This document shows, in pieces, positions 58,859-64,000 of a DNA stretch of 64,000 nt (positions are counted from its first letter, which is position 1; every line of letters begins with the position of its first letter). The stretch covers positions 133,150 to 197,149 of the forward strand of contig DAONSX010000001.1 of assembly GCA_035411425.1 (NCBI GenBank), in the 5' to 3' direction. The position numbers were made by a program, and so were the translations under genes. A model generated the notes under the pieces. That model made no database searches. It was not told where the DNA came from and saw only the letters and a list, made by a program, of their open reading frames with translations. The DNA is from Bacteroidales bacterium (GTDB taxonomy: Bacteria > Bacteroidota > Bacteroidia > Bacteroidales > TTA-H9).

Positions 58859-58866
58859 CAAAATTA
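58859..58866 (-). promoter_or_regulatory. -7 promoter box (TAATTTTG on minus strand) upstream of the GroES-like gene and the 8-gene cluster
   Basis: Plus-strand CAAAATTA lies 28 nt upstream of the ATG at 58831. Confidence 0.55.
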
Positions 58867-58927
58867 CTATTTCCTCCCTAAGTTCGTTTTTAATGTTTAA
58901 TTCGAACCCAAATAAACGCAAATGAAG

Positions 58928-58935
58928 TAATTTTG
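58928..58935 (+). promoter_or_regulatory. -7 promoter box TAATTTTG upstream of the small ORF and mutL
   Basis: Matches TAnnTTTG, 38 nt upstream of the ATG at 58973. Confidence 0.5.
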
Positions 58936-58972
58936 CAAAATCGATAACAAATTTCAATCATTCCGTAACAAT

Positions 58973-59224
58973 ATGGCTTTTCTGTATCGTCCCAAACCCA
59001 AGAAATACGATCATAAACCTATTTATTACAATCCTGATGAAGAAAAGGCGAAGAGATGGCAGGAGAAAAAAGAGTCTTCCGATCCTACTTCTGATAAATT
59101 GCGCCGGGATATAGAAAGGCAATGGGCTTTAAGACAAAAGAAGAAAAAATCGGGCAATATTTCCTTGATTGTATATATATTACTTATTCTGTTTTTATTA
59201 TATATCATTTTTATCCTTGGTTAA
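58973..59224 (+). CDS. small tail-anchored membrane protein (83 aa)
   Basis: Basic, hydrophilic N-terminal part followed by one C-terminal TM helix (ISLIVYILLILFLLYIIFILG). Its stop overlaps the mutL start (TAATG). Confidence 0.55.
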   Translation: MAFLYRPKPKKYDHKPIYYNPDEEKAKRWQEKKESSDPTSDKLRRDIERQWALRQKKKKSGNISLIVYILLILFLLYIIFILG

Positions 59225-61050
59225 TGCCAGATCTCATACAACTTCTTCCTGAATCTGTATCCAATCAGATTGCTGCCGGTGAAGTCATTCAGAGGCCTTC
59301 ATCAGCAGTGAAAGAATTACTCGAAAATGCAATAGATGCCGGCGCCGACTCTATTCAATTGATTGTAAAAGATGCCGGTAAAACCCTGATACAAGTGGTA
59401 GATGATGGTTGTGGTATGAGCCCAACGGATGCCCGACTATGTTTCGAGCGCCATGCGACCTCAAAAATACATCAGGCTCAAGATTTATTTGCCATTCGCT
59501 CATTGGGTTTCAGAGGCGAAGCCTTGGCATCAATTGCAGCCATTGCTCAGGTTGAACTTCGCACACGACGTCACGAAGACGAAATAGGAACTCAGGTGCT
59601 GATCGAAGGCACAGAGGTGATCGATCAGCAGCCCATCCAATGTCAGGCAGGTTCGACATTCTTGGTGAAGAATCTCTTCTTCAATGTTCCTGCCCGGCGA
59701 GCTTTCCTAAAGTCGGAAGCCGTCGAAATGAGGCATATCATCGAAGAATTCGAAAGAGTGGCACTCGTATATCCCGAAATTCAATTTTCACTTGTTCATA
59801 ATGGACGTACGGTATTTCAACTTTTAAAATCTACACAAAAACAAAGAATTGTCCAAATTATGGGCAATCATCTCAATCCCCTGATCGTCCCCGTTGAAGA
59901 ACAAACCGACTTCATTAAAATTCACGGATTTACGACAAAACCAGAATATTCGAAAAAGATAAGGGGCGAACAGTATTTATTCACTAACGGTAGATATGTA
60001 AAAATCCCCTATTTGCAACATGCCATAGAATCGGCTTACCAAGGCCTCATTCCCCAAGGCTCTTTCCCTTCTTATTTCATCTATATTCAAATCGACCCCT
60101 CCAATATCGATGTGAATATACATCCCACCAAAACAGAAATCAAATTCATCAACGAAAATCTGATATATGCCGTATTAAAGGCAGCAACAAGAAAATCGAT
60201 CGGGCAATTTTCAATTTCGGGAACCATCAATTTTGACGAAGAATGGGCTTTTGGCGATGGAGAACTAAAACCCGGCCAAACCATCAAACCGCCAAAAATT
60301 CACGTTAATCCCAATTACAATCCCTTTCAACATCAGAATTCGCAGCCATCCCACGAAAGACGCAATCTCGAAAACTGGCAGAAACTATACGAGTTTCCCG
60401 AAAAAGAACAAAGAAAAAATAAAGATGAATATTCTGCACAGTTATCTTCCCCACCATCTCAGGAATCGGTTGCGATAAAAAAAGAAAACGAAAGAGGTTT
60501 TCTTCAGGTTCATAAAAAATATTTGATGACGGTTGTAAAATCGGGTGTGATGCTAATTGATATCGAAAAAGCAAAACAACGAATTTTTTATGAGAATTTT
60601 CTGCAGGCTCTCGAAAAGGAAGGAATTCCATCCCAACAGGAAATTTTCCCTTTGAACATTCATCTTGGCCAAGCCGAATCTCTTCTAGTGAATCAGATGA
60701 AACCCACACTTGCGCTGATGGGTTTTACCATAGATAATCTGAGTACCAATACTTTCGTCATTCAGGGCATACCTCAAGGAATGGATGCCTCCGAAGCCAG
60801 AGAATCACTCGAAACAATTATCGACAGTTTATTGAGAGAAGAAGACATCGAACATGCCGATATTAGAGTTATTTCGGCCAAGACCATGGCAGCAACCTTA
60901 GCCCGGCATCAACTTCGACCAATGAACGAAGAAGAAATGCGCACACTTACCGACCAGCTTTTCTCCACTGCCATGCCCTCACTAAGCCCTTTTGGAGAGA
61001 AAATTCTAAATATCATTCCTTTGGAATCTATCGAAGAACTCCTTAAATAA
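59224..61050 (+). CDS. mutL: DNA mismatch repair protein MutL
   Basis: Trimmed to the ATG at 59224 (MPDLIQLLPESVSNQIAAGEVIQRPSSAVKELLENAIDAGA). GHKL motifs VVDDGCGM and GFRGEAL, plus a C-terminal dimerisation domain. Confidence 0.95.
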   Translation: MPDLIQLLPESVSNQIAAGEVIQRPSSAVKELLENAIDAGADSIQLIVKDAGKTLIQVVDDGCGMSPTDARLCFERHATSKIHQAQDLFAIRSLGFRGEALASIAAIAQVELRTRRHEDEIGTQVLIEGTEVIDQQPIQCQAGSTFLVKNLFFNVPARRAFLKSEAVEMRHIIEEFERVALVYPEIQFSLVHNGRTVFQLLKSTQKQRIVQIMGNHLNPLIVPVEEQTDFIKIHGFTTKPEYSKKIRGEQYLFTNGRYVKIPYLQHAIESAYQGLIPQGSFPSYFIYIQIDPSNIDVNIHPTKTEIKFINENLIYAVLKAATRKSIGQFSISGTINFDEEWAFGDGELKPGQTIKPPKIHVNPNYNPFQHQNSQPSHERRNLENWQKLYEFPEKEQRKNKDEYSAQLSSPPSQESVAIKKENERGFLQVHKKYLMTVVKSGVMLIDIEKAKQRIFYENFLQALEKEGIPSQQEIFPLNIHLGQAESLLVNQMKPTLALMGFTIDNLSTNTFVIQGIPQGMDASEARESLETIIDSLLREEDIEHADIRVISAKTMAATLARHQLRPMNEEEMRTLTDQLFSTAMPSLSPFGEKILNIIPLESIEELLK

Positions 61051-61136
61051 CTTTATACTCCCCTATTGTTATTTACTAAAGTTTCATCATATTTGCCGAT
61101 TATTCATCCCAATATATCCTCTAATTCATAACACTC

Positions 61137-61973
61137 ATGGCCAACGATGAACACCGATTGACAGGTTTTTTAGGATTAACACCCGTTGTTAAGAATTTAG
61201 TACTTATCAACATATTATTCTTCTTTGCCACTTTCGCTCTTCTTGGTTCATCACGAGGGCAGCTCGACCTTACCGAATACCTTGCACTCTATTATCCTGG
61301 TTCGGATAAATTCAGATGGTGGCAACTGGTTTCTTATATGTTCATGCATGCCAATTTCTCGCACATCTTTTTCAATATGTTTGCCTTATGGATGTTTGGA
61401 AATATATTAGAACAATTGTGGGGACCAAAAAGATTTCTTACCTATTACATGATAACTGGCATTGGTGCAGCCATAGTTCATATTGCAGTGATGTATTATC
61501 AGTTTCATATTCTCGATGGCCAAATCAAGGAATTCATGTTGAGCCCCAATCCGGTCGATTATGCCAATTTGATTGCGAAAAACTTTAAAGGAATTTACAA
61601 TCCCGAATGGTTCGACCAGCTGATTAGTGCATGGAGCCTTACTCCCGAAAGTCCTCTGTTGAAGCAAGAAGCACTCAATTCGTTGGGTCATCTGGTAGTT
61701 ACCAAGATGAATATTCCTACTATAGGCGCCAGCGGAGCCGTCTTCGGTATTTTGCTGGCTTATGGCCTCACCTTCCCCAATTCGCTGATTTATATTTATT
61801 TCCTTCTTCCTATAAAAGCAAAATGGTTCGTTTTGATCTATGCAGTTCTCGAATTTTGGTTTGGAATCAGCGGAGCAGGCGATAATGTGGCCCATTTTGC
61901 CCATCTGGGCGGTATGATTTTCGGTTATCTTCTCATGGTGTACTGGCATAAACGAGACCATCGCTATTACTGA
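61137..61973 (+). CDS. rhomboid-family intramembrane serine protease
   Basis: Catalytic Ser motif GASGAVFGILLAYG and catalytic His motif AHLGGMIFGYL, with multiple TM helices. Confidence 0.85.
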   Translation: MANDEHRLTGFLGLTPVVKNLVLINILFFFATFALLGSSRGQLDLTEYLALYYPGSDKFRWWQLVSYMFMHANFSHIFFNMFALWMFGNILEQLWGPKRFLTYYMITGIGAAIVHIAVMYYQFHILDGQIKEFMLSPNPVDYANLIAKNFKGIYNPEWFDQLISAWSLTPESPLLKQEALNSLGHLVVTKMNIPTIGASGAVFGILLAYGLTFPNSLIYIYFLLPIKAKWFVLIYAVLEFWFGISGAGDNVAHFAHLGGMIFGYLLMVYWHKRDHRYY

Positions 61974-62092
61974 CCATGATTCGCTATTCATGAATTTTTT
62001 TATTTCAAGAAATAAATTTCGAGGTTAAATAGTTTATATTTCTGGCAAGTGTAATAGCACACTGCTAAATTTGGAATCGAAAAATTCGCTTT

Positions 62093-62995
62093 ATGCAAGG
62101 ATATTCATTTCATCACCAAGTTACATCCCCATGGAAACAGTTTACTGGCTTTTTCCGTCGTGGCGATGCCCTGTCTGTATTGATTCTTATCAACGTTGTG
62201 ATTTGGGTGATTATCAGTTTGATACGCGTGGGGTTTGCTCTCTCGGGCGAATCTTCATTTGCCTTTCTGCAAAGCACACTGGCATTCTTAGGAGCTCCTG
62301 CAAGCCCTGAAGCACTTGCCACTTCCTTCTGGACTTTGATTACATACAGTTTCGTTCATATCGACTTTTTCCATTTGCTTTTCAATATGCTGTGGTTGTA
62401 TTGGATTGGAAAACTATTCATCGAATATATGTCGCAGCATCAATTGATTTGGGTATATCTTCTAGGCGGGATGTCGGGATATCTGGTATATATGCTAGCC
62501 TTCAATGCATTCCCCGGATTTCTGCATATTGCTCCTACTTCAAGACTCATAGGTGCTTCGGCTGCCGTGATGGCCATAGTTACTGCCATTGCATTCTACT
62601 TGCCCAATTACAGAATCAATCTTCTGTTCTTAGGTCGCATTCGCCTGATTCATCTTGCAATTGCCCTGTTTGTTCTCGATTTCCTGATGATTAGCTCGAA
62701 TAACCCGGGCGGACATCTATCACATATTGGAGGATGTATTTTTGGCTACCTCTATGTTTTATCCATTCGTAAAAACTGGCTGAAAAAACTAAAACTGAAA
62801 GTATTGTTCAAACCCAAACCAAAAGCGAAAATTAAATACAGGCCAGGAAGCGAAAAGGAAGAAAAAGAGTATTTCGAAGATAAAAAACACATGGAAGAAG
62901 AAATCGATCGTATTCTCGATAAGATTAAATTAACCGGATATCAAGGACTAACTGCTAAAGAAAAAGAAACCTTGTTCAAATACAGTAAAAAGTAA
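62093..62995 (+). CDS. rhomboid-family intramembrane serine protease with a basic C-terminal tail
   Basis: GASAAVMAIVTA and SHIGGCIFGYL, with a K/E-rich cytoplasmic tail. Confidence 0.8.
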   Translation: MQGYSFHHQVTSPWKQFTGFFRRGDALSVLILINVVIWVIISLIRVGFALSGESSFAFLQSTLAFLGAPASPEALATSFWTLITYSFVHIDFFHLLFNMLWLYWIGKLFIEYMSQHQLIWVYLLGGMSGYLVYMLAFNAFPGFLHIAPTSRLIGASAAVMAIVTAIAFYLPNYRINLLFLGRIRLIHLAIALFVLDFLMISSNNPGGHLSHIGGCIFGYLYVLSIRKNWLKKLKLKVLFKPKPKAKIKYRPGSEKEEKEYFEDKKHMEEEIDRILDKIKLTGYQGLTAKEKETLFKYSKK

Positions 62996-63058
62996 AAACG
63001 TAGATTCTATCATACAAATTCATAGATTCTTCCAAATTATTAAAACACGATAAGAATA

Positions 63059-64000
63059 ATGACGAGGAAAAAGAAAAGCAAGAAGCACAAACTGGTAGGG
63101 GGCTTCCTTCGTTTGATTAGCCTATTGATTGCTATTGGATTGATTATAAGCTGTATAGCTCAGTTCGTTCCTCCCGATAAATTCTGGCCTCCTGCATTCT
63201 TCGGACTTTCATTCCTCATCTGGTTTGTGGCTAACCTGTTCTTCCTTATTTTTTGGATCATTCGCAGGGCTCGTTTTGCATGGATACATGTAGCATGCCT
63301 TATTCTTTCTCTTCATCTCTTCTCGCATTTCATCCCATTGAAGGGTTCCAAAAGCTCCGACAAGCTGCCTGCTTCTATTAGCTTGCTCAGTTATAACATC
63401 AAAGGACTTGCAGGTGTAAACTCAATTAAAAGTTCAGGCTTATCCGACTCTTTGTTCAATTTTATTAAAAATGAAAATGCCAACATTGTTTGTTTGCAGG
63501 AATATACCGAAAGGCGAAGGGAAAACAAGCCTCCAGCGGAACTGGTTTTCAAATCCATGGATTTGGATCATTTCGCCAAATCGGCCTATTTTAAAAATAA
63601 AGAAGTTGCCCGTTTGTTTATAGCTACCTTTAGTCAATTCCCGATTTGCAACAAAATAGAAGTCCACAGTGACCATCGATTGATAGCGTTAATTACTGAT
63701 ATTGTGGTCGAAAAAGATACTTTCCGTGTATTTAATGTTCATTTACAGTCTATTTCGTTTAACGATGAGAATTACAGGTTTTTAATGGAAGCTCAACAAA
63801 ATATTTCTTCACTTCAGAGCGATTCCATGCAGCAAGATTCCAAGAAAATATTCTGGAAGATTCGGACTGGATTTATCAAACGCGCTGGTCAGGCCCGGCT
63901 CTTACGTGAAATAATCGAAACTTCACCATATCCTGTGGTGGTTTGCGGCGATTTCAACGACACTCCGGCATCTTATGCCTACCATACTATAAAAAGAGGA
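63059..64000 (+). CDS. membrane-anchored endonuclease/exonuclease/phosphatase family protein (3' end outside window)
   Basis: This ORF is not in the ORF track because it runs off the window. My translation is MTRKKKSKKHKLVGGFLRLISLLIAIGLII..., with N-terminal TM helices followed by canonical EEP motifs LLSYNIKGL, NIVCLQEY and VVCGDFND. The frame stays open to nt 64000. Confidence 0.8.
   Translation, partial: MTRKKKSKKHKLVGGFLRLISLLIAIGLIISCIAQFVPPDKFWPPAFFGLSFLIWFVANLFFLIFWIIRRARFAWIHVACLILSLHLFSHFIPLKGSKSSDKLPASISLLSYNIKGLAGVNSIKSSGLSDSLFNFIKNENANIVCLQEYTERRRENKPPAELVFKSMDLDHFAKSAYFKNKEVARLFIATFSQFPICNKIEVHSDHRLIALITDIVVEKDTFRVFNVHLQSISFNDENYRFLMEAQQNISSLQSDSMQQDSKKIFWKIRTGFIKRAGQARLLREIIETSPYPVVVCGDFNDTPASYAYHTIKRG

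Noticed and set aside
58832-58972. Possible cobalamin riboswitch upstream of the BtuF-like ABC cluster.
   Set aside because: The spacer is only 141 bp, is shared with a divergent promoter, and contains no B12-box-like GC-rich core. It is too short and too AT-rich for that riboswitch.
61407-61991. 194-aa ORF antisense to the first rhomboid gene.
   Set aside because: It lies entirely within and opposite a gene with clear catalytic motifs (GASGAVFG and HLGGMIFG). The antisense product has no motif or signal, which is typical of a shadow ORF.

Overview
This is an AT-rich chromosomal segment that reads as Bacteroidota. Many genes sit 15-60 nt downstream of the Bacteroidetes -7 promoter box TAnnTTTG. 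There is a decayed type IX secretion (T9SS) C-terminal sorting-domain remnant. Gene orders such as zapA-rny, guaA-LysM protein and mutL-rhomboid-rhomboid-EEP also look, from my recollection, like common Bacteroidota arrangements (not checked). I call about 55 protein-coding genes, 2 tRNAs (Gly-CCC, Arg-ACG), one candidate structured RNA, two decayed pseudogenes and several hairpin terminators. I saw no CRISPR array, rRNA, transposase, integrase or phage genes, and nothing matching a defence system I know. Most of the window is housekeeping: miaA, pdxB, ligA, guaA, gcvT, argS, rpsA, rnz, trmD, zapA, rny, tkt, mutL. Four stretches deserve a second look. (1) At 50.8-58.9 kb, eight tightly packed minus-strand genes run behind one consensus promoter: a GroES paralogue, a BtuF/FecB-type ABC importer, two exported hydrolases, a J-domain coiled-coil protein and a signal-less PQQ-like beta-propeller. 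(2) At 33.1-42.2 kb lie an ankyrin-PPP phosphatase fusion, a divergent pair of orphan genes separated by repeated AATTAAG palindromic boxes, and a hybrid kinase / sigma-54 regulator / PflX-type radical SAM gene string. (3) At 8.3-12.3 kb a tungsten-type aldehyde:ferredoxin oxidoreductase lies next to an unlisted 59-aa winged-helix gene and an orphan ThiF/ThiS pair. (4) A roughly 195-nt structured RNA candidate lies between zapA and rny. The best candidate for an undescribed system is (1), especially the J-domain/propeller pair, but that rests on gene context and motif reading only. All product calls come from motifs read by eye and no database search was possible.
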